Source of the DNA: Candidatus Zixiibacteriota bacterium
GTDB lineage: Bacteria; Zixibacteria; MSB-5A5; JAABVY01
Length of the DNA: 27,071 nt
Assembly: GCA_011777135.1 (NCBI GenBank)
Contig: JAABVY010000363.1
Span: 1-27,071 of the forward strand
Direction: 5' to 3'
The notes under the pieces were generated by a model that was given only the letters and a program-made list of their open reading frames with translations, had not been told where the DNA came from and did no database searches. Below, piece by piece: positions 8,314 through 17,121 of this stretch (its first letter is position 1; every line of letters begins with the position of its first letter). The translations under genes were made by a program, and so were the position numbers.

Positions 8314-10206
8314 TTGAATCGAAGGATAATTTTTTTATTTCTTGTAATATTGTTATTTCCCGCGTTCTTACAGGCAGATAGGACGCTGGAGACTCTCCTG
8401 CTCGAGGTGAAATTCCTGGAATACCAGGGATCGTCGCAAGGTTCGGTTCCGGTCTCATGCGACACCTTTACCCTCATTAAAGGAACCCCGATTGAGGCAT
8501 TTTGCGGCAATCTCAGCCTGGATATAACTTACCGCAGCCATGAGGATTCGAGCTTAAGTATCGAGTTGAGCCACATACCTCTGCCTCCCAAGAGCGATCC
8601 GCATATGAATCGGGTGCAGTCGCAGATTGGTATACCATATATAGTCGATTCTGTTCTGGTCAAAGCCGAACATGTCTATAAAGTGCTTTTCACTCCCCTG
8701 GCATTCGACAGCATCCAGACCGACTGTGATTTCAGCCATAAAGAAGAAGATGTTTTCCTTTTTGATCCTTCGGGAAGTTTCGACATATACTTTGTTCCTA
8801 ATTCTCTGGGAGATATTCACTGGAACAACATCCGCGATCACCTGGAAATGGAACTCGAGCGTTTCAACAAGATTTTCAACTTCACTCAGCCGGGAAAAAT
8901 AAATTTCTATCTGTATCCCTGCGACGCTCCATATTATGACAAATTCGATGGCGGGGATTTTGGGATTCATCCGGCCAGAAACAGCGTCTATTTTGAGTAC
9001 AGCCATCAAAATAGCGGTATAGCGGTGGAAGCTGTAAATCTGATTAAATTGTATCGCTACTGGGGATATTCTCCCAAGCTGATGGCTGTGGGAGCGGCTA
9101 ACCTGACAGATTTCCATTTATTTTATGCCCGCGAATATAAACAGACCGAGGGATTGTATCCGCTTGAGCATATGCTTGTCTCTCTTGACTTTGACAACCT
9201 GGATGACACTCATAAGAAGAGAATTGAGGCGGCCTCATTTATAGCCTATTTATCAGCACAGATGCCTGTGGATAAATTCCGGCACCTGTATATCCAGTCA
9301 ACCGATTTGACCTTGAAAGAGAATCTCGAAAAACTTACGGGAATGGATTTCGCGGAACTGGAACAGGAGTGGCTCGATTATGTTGACAGTGTCTCATTCC
9401 CGTTCGGTCTGTACAACTTCTATGCCCAACGCGCTCTGATTCAGAGGGATATGTCCGAGGCGCTGTTTCTCTATGAGAGAGCGTTGGAAGAAGAGCCTAT
9501 GGACAGCGCTATGCTGGCAAATATCTACAATATCTATTATCTGGCGGGTTATTATGATAAATCCGCCAAGACCATTCGTAAGCTCAGCAAGTATTTGAAA
9601 GAGTCCGATTACGACCTGACTCTCGCCAATATGCTTTTGGCGGGAGGACATGAGGATTCGGCTCTGTATTACTACAATAAATCTATGGAAAACAATGAGG
9701 GCTTTGACGAAATAGCGGTCTACAAACTCGCCCAGCTCGAATATCTAAACGAAAATTATGAGCAGTCCAAGAGGCATTTCTTGTCCCTTTTAGACAGTGC
9801 GGAATCAATTCCACTGAAAATCGACGGCCATATTTATCTCGGAAAAATATATAGGCACGAGAATGAGGCCGATTCTGCAGAAAATCAGTTCACCCTGGCG
9901 CTAAATGCCTCCAAAAACCTGCTTTCAAGATATCCCGATAATTCGCTTTACAATATGCGGGCGGGTGAAGCGGCGCTTCAGCTGGGCGAAACTCAGGCGG
10001 CACGTGACTATCTATCTCTGGCTGAATTCGTTGAGATGCGTCCGTTTTATCTGGGAAGAGTGATGCTTGGTCTCGGAAAAACTTATGACCTTGAGAATGA
10101 CCGTGAGAATGCCAGACTCTACTACAACCGTGTGCTGGAACTCCCTTCGGCATACCTTGATAAACGGGAAGCCAGACGTCTCCTGGAAAAACCATATAGC
10201 ATTTAA
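8314..10206 (+). CDS. Secreted protein: signal peptide, degenerate peptidase-MA-like central domain, C-terminal TPR repeats
   Basis: TTG start after GGAGG; signal peptide MNRRIIFLFLVILLFPAFLQA; FNFTQPGKINFYLYP...AASFIAYL...LEQEWLDY; helical repeats such as ALFLYERALEEEP, YLGKIY, GLGKTYD...ARLYYNRVL. Confidence 0.7.
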   Translation: MNRRIIFLFLVILLFPAFLQADRTLETLLLEVKFLEYQGSSQGSVPVSCDTFTLIKGTPIEAFCGNLSLDITYRSHEDSSLSIELSHIPLPPKSDPHMNRVQSQIGIPYIVDSVLVKAEHVYKVLFTPLAFDSIQTDCDFSHKEEDVFLFDPSGSFDIYFVPNSLGDIHWNNIRDHLEMELERFNKIFNFTQPGKINFYLYPCDAPYYDKFDGGDFGIHPARNSVYFEYSHQNSGIAVEAVNLIKLYRYWGYSPKLMAVGAANLTDFHLFYAREYKQTEGLYPLEHMLVSLDFDNLDDTHKKRIEAASFIAYLSAQMPVDKFRHLYIQSTDLTLKENLEKLTGMDFAELEQEWLDYVDSVSFPFGLYNFYAQRALIQRDMSEALFLYERALEEEPMDSAMLANIYNIYYLAGYYDKSAKTIRKLSKYLKESDYDLTLANMLLAGGHEDSALYYYNKSMENNEGFDEIAVYKLAQLEYLNENYEQSKRHFLSLLDSAESIPLKIDGHIYLGKIYRHENEADSAENQFTLALNASKNLLSRYPDNSLYNMRAGEAALQLGETQAARDYLSLAEFVEMRPFYLGRVMLGLGKTYDLENDRENARLYYNRVLELPSAYLDKREARRLLEKPYSI

Positions 10207-10214
10207 AGGATTAA

Positions 10215-12314
10215 ATGGGTTTTCTAAATACAACCATACTCCTTCTTTCTGCCCTGGCAATAATACCGATTTTGATCCATCTCTTCAACCGCCAGAGAGT
10301 CAAACGCATACAGTTTTCCTCCATACGCTACTTGAAATCCCTGCAGAAAACTCGTATGCGCCGTCTCAAGCTCAAGCAGATCCTGCTTTTGATACTTAGA
10401 ACTCTTATAATTCTCCTGCTGGTAATAGCTTTCGCCCGGCCGACAACTGAAGGTTCCTATTCTTCCGCTCTGGGGAGCGCCGCACAGGCCTCGGTCGTAA
10501 TCATGATCGATAACTCGCTTTCCATGTCCACTGAAACTCCCGAAGGCTCCCTTTTTGAACTGGCCAAAACTCAGGCTCTCTCAATACTTGGGGATTTTCA
10601 AGCCAAAGACGAGATTGCGGTTGTGGCATTCAGCAAAGATCCTGTGATCGAAACCAATGGCTTCACCACCAATCACACATTTGTGCGAAAGACAATCTCT
10701 GATCTCGAACCAAGCCACACCTCTACAAATCCGGTACTTGCTTTCGAGGCAGCATTGGATTTGATGCAGAAAAGCGATAATCTCGTCAAGGAGATTTATG
10801 TCTTTTCCGACCTTGCGGGGCCATCCTGGGAGGCCCTGTCGCTCAACACTATCAGCCAGTTTGATAATCTGAAAATATATGTAGCCGGAGTGACTAAAGA
10901 AGATTATGAGAATGTTAAGGTCGCCAATATCGATTTCGGCAATTCCCTGATCTACCCTGGACGGCCGGTCAATATATCTGCGGATATCATTAATGAGAGC
11001 CAGAGAAGAGTTGATAATCTTTTGATCAGTCTCTTTATCGACAAGAAAAGAATCTCGCAAACTGATATATCCGTGTCCCCCGGGAGTTCTGAGAAAGTCA
11101 GTTTCACATACACATTCGAAAACCCGGGGGAACATGAGGGATTCATAGAAATTACCGATGATGATCTGATCGAAGATAACCGGGTTTATTTTACCATAAA
11201 TATACCTAATGAAATCAGGACCCTCAGCCTGTATGAAAATGAGGGTGATGATTTCTTTGTCCGGATGGCATTCCAGCCATTGCCGGAATCCCCCTCTCAG
11301 ATTAATCTGGCTTCCGAGCCGATATCCAGCCTTCCAACCCTCAACCTGGAAAATTTTGATTGCATAATCATGAGCAACTCGAAATTTCTTTCACAAGCCA
11401 ATATGTCCAAGCTGATGAATTACGTTAAATCGGGCGGATCTATGTTGGCCTTCATATCCGACGATAATAACAAGGAAGCACTGAATGAGAGAATCATTCA
11501 GCCGGCCTTTGGGTCATCGATTGCCGGCAAGCTGGAGGTCACCGAAGGACAGGGCTTTTATCGCCTGAGTTCTCTCGACTTCACCCATCCGATCTTCAGC
11601 CGTTTTGCGGATATAGAGGATGACTATCTTCCGGAAATAGATTTTTTCAAAATATTGCAGGTCAGGCCGCCCTCAGAGGGAAAAATCCTGGCTTCATTCT
11701 CTACCGGTGCCCCGGCTGTTATGGATGCTCAATGGGGCAGCGGAAAAATCCTGACTGTCATGAGCTCCCCTTCGGCGGAGGATTCCGATCTGATCAGCCA
11801 TCCCTTCTTTGTGACATTTATGAACCGCGCGGTGGAATACCTGGCTTACGATATAAACCGTCTGCGTGAAAACTTTATCACCGGCGAGCCTATAAACAAA
11901 ATTCTGCTGAATATTAATCCCAAGAAAACGGTCGAGGTAGTGACACCCTCGGACAACAGAATCTATCCGGCCTATAACTTCTCTGGCTCTGAATTGAACC
12001 TCACGATTCCACCTGTACAGAGAAATGGAATCGCGACAATACTTGTCGATGATAATCCGGCAGAGAAATTTGCGGTCAATTTTCCACTGGATGAATCCAA
12101 CGGCGTCTTTCTGGAGGTGGATGATCTGAGGGGCGCGGCTCCGGATTTTCAGATAATCAAGCTACCCCCTGACGCCGATCATGCCCAGATAATCCGGGAA
12201 AGCCGGCTGGGCAAGGAATTCTCAAAGATTTTCTTTATTCTGGCCCTGGTTCTTCTCGCTGTCGAGATGATTCTGGCGCGGTCATCACGTGAACCCGCCC
12301 CGGAGACGAGCTGA
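10215..12314 (+). CDS. BatA-like N-terminal double-TM + vWA domain membrane protein
   Basis: LAIIPILIHLFNR...FSSIRYL, LLLILRTL...FARP, MIDAS IDNSLS, VFSD, Ig-like and GATase-like segments, C-terminal TM FFILALVLLAVEMILAR. Confidence 0.85.
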   Translation: MGFLNTTILLLSALAIIPILIHLFNRQRVKRIQFSSIRYLKSLQKTRMRRLKLKQILLLILRTLIILLLVIAFARPTTEGSYSSALGSAAQASVVIMIDNSLSMSTETPEGSLFELAKTQALSILGDFQAKDEIAVVAFSKDPVIETNGFTTNHTFVRKTISDLEPSHTSTNPVLAFEAALDLMQKSDNLVKEIYVFSDLAGPSWEALSLNTISQFDNLKIYVAGVTKEDYENVKVANIDFGNSLIYPGRPVNISADIINESQRRVDNLLISLFIDKKRISQTDISVSPGSSEKVSFTYTFENPGEHEGFIEITDDDLIEDNRVYFTINIPNEIRTLSLYENEGDDFFVRMAFQPLPESPSQINLASEPISSLPTLNLENFDCIIMSNSKFLSQANMSKLMNYVKSGGSMLAFISDDNNKEALNERIIQPAFGSSIAGKLEVTEGQGFYRLSSLDFTHPIFSRFADIEDDYLPEIDFFKILQVRPPSEGKILASFSTGAPAVMDAQWGSGKILTVMSSPSAEDSDLISHPFFVTFMNRAVEYLAYDINRLRENFITGEPINKILLNINPKKTVEVVTPSDNRIYPAYNFSGSELNLTIPPVQRNGIATILVDDNPAEKFAVNFPLDESNGVFLEVDDLRGAAPDFQIIKLPPDADHAQIIRESRLGKEFSKIFFILALVLLAVEMILARSSREPAPETS

Positions 12315-12324
12315 TCGATTCCTT

Positions 12325-12352
12325 TTGACAAATCCCGAGACTTTGCTAAATT
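12325..12352 (+). promoter_or_regulatory. Sigma70 promoter with extended -10, probably giving a leaderless ABC-F transcript
   Basis: TTGACA(12325-30)-N16-TAAATT(12347-52) preceded by TGC; ATG at 12359. Confidence 0.55.
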
Positions 12353-12358
12353 CTCCCC

Positions 12359-14233
12359 ATGCGTCAGGTATATCTGGAAAATATCCATAAGTCATATCCC
12401 GATCGCCAGATTTTTTCAGGGCTCTCATGGCAGATCAACCATGGCGATAAATATGCCTTGATTGGCCGAAATGGGATTGGAAAAACGACTCTATTCCGCA
12501 TAATCAAAGGCGAGATAACGCCCGATGAGGGCCAGATACTGCGGGCCAAAAACCAGAAAATCGGCTATATGCCCCAGGAAGCTGAGATCGTAAGCGGAAA
12601 GACTCTGTGGCTGGAACTTCTGGACGCTTTCCGCGATCTCCTGGCAATCAAAGATGAATTCAAGGAACTCGAAGAGACTATTGCCGAAAATGCATCCGAT
12701 AAGGCGGCTCTGGAGAGATATGGCAAATTGCAGGAGGAATTTGAAATTCGCGGCGGATTTGATTATGAGGAAAAAATCAAGATAGTACTGCACGGACTCG
12801 GTTTTCCAGAAGAGGTTTGGCTCAAAGAGATCAAAAAATTCTCGGGAGGAGAAAAAAACAGGATATTTCTCGCCAAAATTCTCCTGGAGGAACCGGATCT
12901 TCTGCTTCTCGATGAGCCTACAAATTACCTCGACATCGAATCGACACAATGGCTCGAGGAATATCTATCGGCCTTCAAGGGGAGCGTTATAATAGTATCT
13001 CATGATCGCTATTTCATGAATCGCGTAGCCAAAAGGACGGCTGAACTTACCTCAAGGGGTCTTGAAATTTATCACGGCAACTATGATTTTTATGAAAAGG
13101 AATCTGCCGAGCGGCTGCGCCTGGCCAAAAAAGCCTATGAACATCAAGCCGAAGAGATAGAGCGAATCAGGGATTTTATTCAAAAGAATATCGCCGGGCA
13201 AAAAACCAAACAAGCCCAGTCGCGACGCAAGAAGCTGCAGAAAATGCAGCCGCTGGAGAAGCCGCATGAAGATAAGAAACAGATGAAACTGGATATCCAG
13301 TCATCGGGCAGGAGCTGGCAAAAAATCGTTGAGGTGAATGGTCTTTCAAAATCATTCGACCATAAACAGCTTTTTGATGACGTCAATCTTAAAATCGAGC
13401 GCGGTGAGAAGATCGGATTGATCGGACCCAACGGTTCCGGCAAGACCACTTTGATCAGAATGATCACCGGTCAAAGTGAACCGGATGAGGGTGAAATCAA
13501 TATTGGTAATAATGTCGAATATACCTATTACGATCAGGAGCTTGCGGGACTGGATATGGATTCCGATGTGATAGATGTCATCTGGGAGGAGAAACCGCAG
13601 GCCCTGGCTGAGGAACTGCGCTCATACCTGGGACGATTTCTGTTCACGGGAGAAGATATTTTCCGCCCCGTAAAATCGCTCTCAGGCGGAGAGAAAAGCA
13701 GGTTATCACTGGCCAAAATATTCGTGAATCCGGCCAACTTCCTGATTCTGGATGAGCCCACCAACCATCTTGATATACCATCGGTGAAAATGCTTGAAAA
13801 AGCCTTGAATGAATTTACTGGTACCGTCCTGATTATTTCCCATGACAGGTACTTTCTAGATAACACAGTCAAAAAGATTATCGCTGTGGAAAACCATGAT
13901 ATAAGAGAATATCCCGGCAATTTCTCCTATTACTGGAGAAAAAGACTGGAGCGGGAACAGTCGATTGCGGATGAAGCTCCGAAGAAAGACGATTCGCAGG
14001 CGAAGGAAGCCTGGGAAAAACTCAAGGATCGACGGCGACATCAGAAACGAATTGAGCGCGCCGAAATGCAGATAGCTCTGACTGAGGCCAAGATCGAGGA
14101 AATCGGTGAAATGCTGGTTGATCCGGAGCTGGCATCGGATTGGGAAAGACTCGCATCACTGGAAGAAGAAAAATCCCAGCTGGAAAAAGCCCTGGAAAAG
14201 CTGTATGAGGAATATGAAGAACTCACAAAGTAA
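12359..14233 (+). CDS. ABC-F family ATP-binding protein (YheS/YdiF/Uup-like)
   Basis: Two ABC domains (GRNGIGKTT, FSGGEKNR, LLLDEPTN; GPNGSGKTT, LSGGEKSR, LILDEPTN), inter-domain linker, no TM, C-terminal coiled coil. Confidence 0.93.
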   Translation: MRQVYLENIHKSYPDRQIFSGLSWQINHGDKYALIGRNGIGKTTLFRIIKGEITPDEGQILRAKNQKIGYMPQEAEIVSGKTLWLELLDAFRDLLAIKDEFKELEETIAENASDKAALERYGKLQEEFEIRGGFDYEEKIKIVLHGLGFPEEVWLKEIKKFSGGEKNRIFLAKILLEEPDLLLLDEPTNYLDIESTQWLEEYLSAFKGSVIIVSHDRYFMNRVAKRTAELTSRGLEIYHGNYDFYEKESAERLRLAKKAYEHQAEEIERIRDFIQKNIAGQKTKQAQSRRKKLQKMQPLEKPHEDKKQMKLDIQSSGRSWQKIVEVNGLSKSFDHKQLFDDVNLKIERGEKIGLIGPNGSGKTTLIRMITGQSEPDEGEINIGNNVEYTYYDQELAGLDMDSDVIDVIWEEKPQALAEELRSYLGRFLFTGEDIFRPVKSLSGGEKSRLSLAKIFVNPANFLILDEPTNHLDIPSVKMLEKALNEFTGTVLIISHDRYFLDNTVKKIIAVENHDIREYPGNFSYYWRKRLEREQSIADEAPKKDDSQAKEAWEKLKDRRRHQKRIERAEMQIALTEAKIEEIGEMLVDPELASDWERLASLEEEKSQLEKALEKLYEEYEELTK

Positions 14234-14822
14234 AAAGATATTGGCTTTCAATGGTTCTCCTGTGAAAGAGAGCAGCACCGACTTGATCACGCGTGAGATT
14301 ATTTATGGCGCAGAACAGGAAGGTTTTGAATCCGAGCATGTCTATCTGAATGATCTGGATATACTGCCCTGTCAATCGTGCGGCGAATCGCCGGGGAACA
14401 AGCTTTGCTTTTTTGAAGATGATCTCTTCCCATATCTGCATAAATTTGCTGAATGCGATATAACCGTGGTATCTTCACCCGTATACTTCGACACCGTCAG
14501 CGCCCAGACCAAACTCATGATCGACCGCTGCAACTGTTTTAAACCGCTTATCGGTTATGAAACCGGAGATTTCAAGTTTGCAGACTTGAATCTTAAACCG
14601 CGCCTTGGAATAATAGTGCTTGTTGGCGGTGAAAGAGAAAAATTCACGCATGCTCTAACGGTAATTAAAGGCTTCTTTATCTGGACAGGGGTGAAACTCT
14701 TTGATGAGATTATCTATGCTCATGGTGAATATACAAAAGGCGCAGTCAAAGATAATCAAGAGTTGCTCCAGCAAGCGCATGAAATCGGCAGGAAGGCCGC
14801 ACTTTCGGCTATTCCAAAATAG
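14214..14822 (+). CDS. Flavodoxin family / NADPH-dependent FMN reductase (iron-sulfur-flavoprotein-like)
   Basis: ILAFNGSP, CQSC...C, SPVYFDTVSAQTKLMIDR; start at ATG 14214 (or 14205) overlapping the ABC-F end. Confidence 0.85.
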   Translation: MKNSQSKKILAFNGSPVKESSTDLITREIIYGAEQEGFESEHVYLNDLDILPCQSCGESPGNKLCFFEDDLFPYLHKFAECDITVVSSPVYFDTVSAQTKLMIDRCNCFKPLIGYETGDFKFADLNLKPRLGIIVLVGGEREKFTHALTVIKGFFIWTGVKLFDEIIYAHGEYTKGAVKDNQELLQQAHEIGRKAALSAIPK

Positions 14823-14978
14823 ACAAAACTTTCGTCTCAAATATATGTTGTAATTATGTAGATAAGAAAAAACAGTCTATTACGGTAATTGCATAAAGCT
14901 CTTGGCTTTCTGCATTTAATTCATTTTTATTGAGAATAAGATCTAAATTCAACGGGTCTTAAAAAAGGTGGAGGATGT

Positions 14979-15422
14979 ATGAAAATTAAAGATATTCTGG
15001 AACAGCAGGGCAAACGCGAAATCTTCAAGGTCACACCTGAAACTGTCGTAAAAGACGGTCTGGAAATAATTATGAAAAACCGCATCGGCGCTCTCCTGGT
15101 GATGGATGAAAATGACAAATTGGCCGGAATAATTACCGAGCGCGATATTCTCTGGAGAATATATAAGGACGGCGAGGAAGCCCTGCATAAGAAGGTCGAT
15201 GATTACATGACGCGCAACGTGATCGTTGGCATTCCCGATGATGATATCGAAACGGCCGAGCAATTCATGACAGTAAACCGCTTCCGCCACCTTCCCATCA
15301 TGGAAGGCGAAAAGCTGGTGGGCCTGATTTCAATCGGTGATATTGTTAAAAGTATGGCCGGAAATCTCAGAGTCCAGAACCGCTATCTTCGGGATTACAT
15401 CACCGGTAAATATCCAGGATAA
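14979..15422 (+). CDS. CBS domain pair protein
   Basis: IGALLVMD...GIITERD and MTRNV...FRHLPIM...GLISIGDIVK; GGAGG RBS. Confidence 0.9.
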   Translation: MKIKDILEQQGKREIFKVTPETVVKDGLEIIMKNRIGALLVMDENDKLAGIITERDILWRIYKDGEEALHKKVDDYMTRNVIVGIPDDDIETAEQFMTVNRFRHLPIMEGEKLVGLISIGDIVKSMAGNLRVQNRYLRDYITGKYPG

Positions 15423-15456
15423 AATTTGAAATAACAAAAGGATTATCGAGGGCTAA

Positions 15457-17094
15457 ATGAAAGTATCTGATCTGATTGTAAAATGTCTCGAGACCGAGGG
15501 AGTAAAATATGTGTTCGGTCTTCCTGGCGAGGAAAACGAAGACCTTCTCTTTTCCCTTGAAAATTCCAGTATACAGTTTATCCCCACACGCATGGAGCAG
15601 GGAGCATCGTTCATGGCCGATGTTTACGGCCGCCTTACCGGCAAGGCCGGAGTATGCCTCTCCACCCTGGGACCGGGCGCAACCAACCTGATCACCGGGA
15701 TTGCCGACGCACACCTCGACAAATCTCCGCTGGTAGCTATCACCGGACAGGGATCATCGGACAGGATTCACAAAGAAAGCCATCAATATGTTGACATCGT
15801 CAATATGTTCAAGCCGATCACCAAGTGGAACACCTCCATCCAGAATCCCATGATCACCACAGAGGTTGTGCGCAAGGCCTTCAAGCTGGCCGAGATGGAA
15901 AAACCGGGAGCAACTCATTTTGAACTTCCCGAGGATGTGGCCGCTTTAAATTGCGACCTGGAACCATTGAAGCCGGTGCGTCTCAGGCGTCCGGCGCCCG
16001 ATTATAAAGCCATGAATGGAATCCTGGAACGTCTTAAATTCGCCAAAAAGCCTCTGATACTTGCGGGAAACGGCGCCATACGCAAGATGGCTTCCAAGCA
16101 TCTCAGGGAGTTCGTAAAGTTGACAGGAATTCCGGTGGTTTCAACTTTCATGGGCAAGGGTGCTGTTTCTGATTTTGAGGAGAATTCTCTCTATGCAGTC
16201 GGCCTGCAGGCGCGCGATCATGCCATGAAGGCGATCGATGAGGCCGATCTGATTATTGCAGTCGGATATGATATTGCCGAATATGCTCCCGAACATTGGA
16301 ATGGAAATAAAGACAATAAAATCGTACATATCGATTTCACCCCGGCTGAAGTCTATGAATTCTATCACCCCGAACTGGAAATAGTCTGCGATATATCGGC
16401 TGTGTTCTGGGAGCTGAACATCAAAATTAAAGCAGAAAGCGTCAATTACAATACTGAATGGTATAAGCCCATTCGCAAAGCGATCAGGGATGATCTGGAA
16501 TCCTATAAACTTAAAGGCGACCACTGCTTCACCATCCCGGGCGCTTTGCATATAATCAGGAACCTTTTGAATCCGGGCGATATATTGATCTCAGATGTTG
16601 GCGCTCATAAGATGTGGATTGGACGTAATTACCCGGTTCATGAACCGAATTCGGTTATAATTTCCAACGGCCTGGCCAGCATGGGTATCGCTCTTCCGGG
16701 CGGAATCGCAGCAAAACTGGCGCATCCTGATAAGAAAGTGGTAGCCGCCATGGGTGACGGCGGATTTTTGATGAATGCCCAGGAAATTGAAACTGCCAGG
16801 AGAATCGGGGTGAACTACACGATTATTGTCTTCAATGACAATGATTACGGCCTGATCTCGTGGAAACAAGTTTCGCATACCGGAAGAAAATACGGCACTC
16901 AATTGACCAATCCGGATTTTAAAAAATATGCCGAAAGCTTTGGAATCAAGGGCTATTCCCCCTCGAATCTGGAGGAACTTCATGACAATTTAAAAGAAGC
17001 GATAATGTCTGATGAACTGTCTCTGGTCGAAATTGGAATTGACCCGTCGGTAAATTATGAATTGACTCAAAAGTTACAGAAAAATAGAAAGTGA
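15457..17094 (+). CDS. Acetolactate-synthase-like ThDP enzyme, probable 2-oxoglutarate decarboxylase clade
   Basis: FGLPGEEN, GVCLSTLGPGATNL, ESHQY, SDVGAHKMW, ISNGLASMG, ThDP motif GDGGFLMN...NDNDYGLI; no small subunit or ilvC nearby. Confidence 0.85.
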   Translation: MKVSDLIVKCLETEGVKYVFGLPGEENEDLLFSLENSSIQFIPTRMEQGASFMADVYGRLTGKAGVCLSTLGPGATNLITGIADAHLDKSPLVAITGQGSSDRIHKESHQYVDIVNMFKPITKWNTSIQNPMITTEVVRKAFKLAEMEKPGATHFELPEDVAALNCDLEPLKPVRLRRPAPDYKAMNGILERLKFAKKPLILAGNGAIRKMASKHLREFVKLTGIPVVSTFMGKGAVSDFEENSLYAVGLQARDHAMKAIDEADLIIAVGYDIAEYAPEHWNGNKDNKIVHIDFTPAEVYEFYHPELEIVCDISAVFWELNIKIKAESVNYNTEWYKPIRKAIRDDLESYKLKGDHCFTIPGALHIIRNLLNPGDILISDVGAHKMWIGRNYPVHEPNSVIISNGLASMGIALPGGIAAKLAHPDKKVVAAMGDGGFLMNAQEIETARRIGVNYTIIVFNDNDYGLISWKQVSHTGRKYGTQLTNPDFKKYAESFGIKGYSPSNLEELHDNLKEAIMSDELSLVEIGIDPSVNYELTQKLQKNRK

Positions 17095-17121
17095 ATTGAA
17101 TTAGAAAAGGTGAGGTGCAAT

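Noticed and set aside
14106-14213. N-terminal extension of the flavodoxin ORF
   Set aside because: Overlaps the ABC-F coding end; family similarity starts only at KKILAFNGSP.
15457-17094. Biosynthetic AHAS large subunit (ilvB)
   Set aside because: No regulatory small subunit or ilvC/leu genes; context with SSADH and the FGLPGEEN-type N-terminus point to the non-anabolic clade. Not excluded without an assay.
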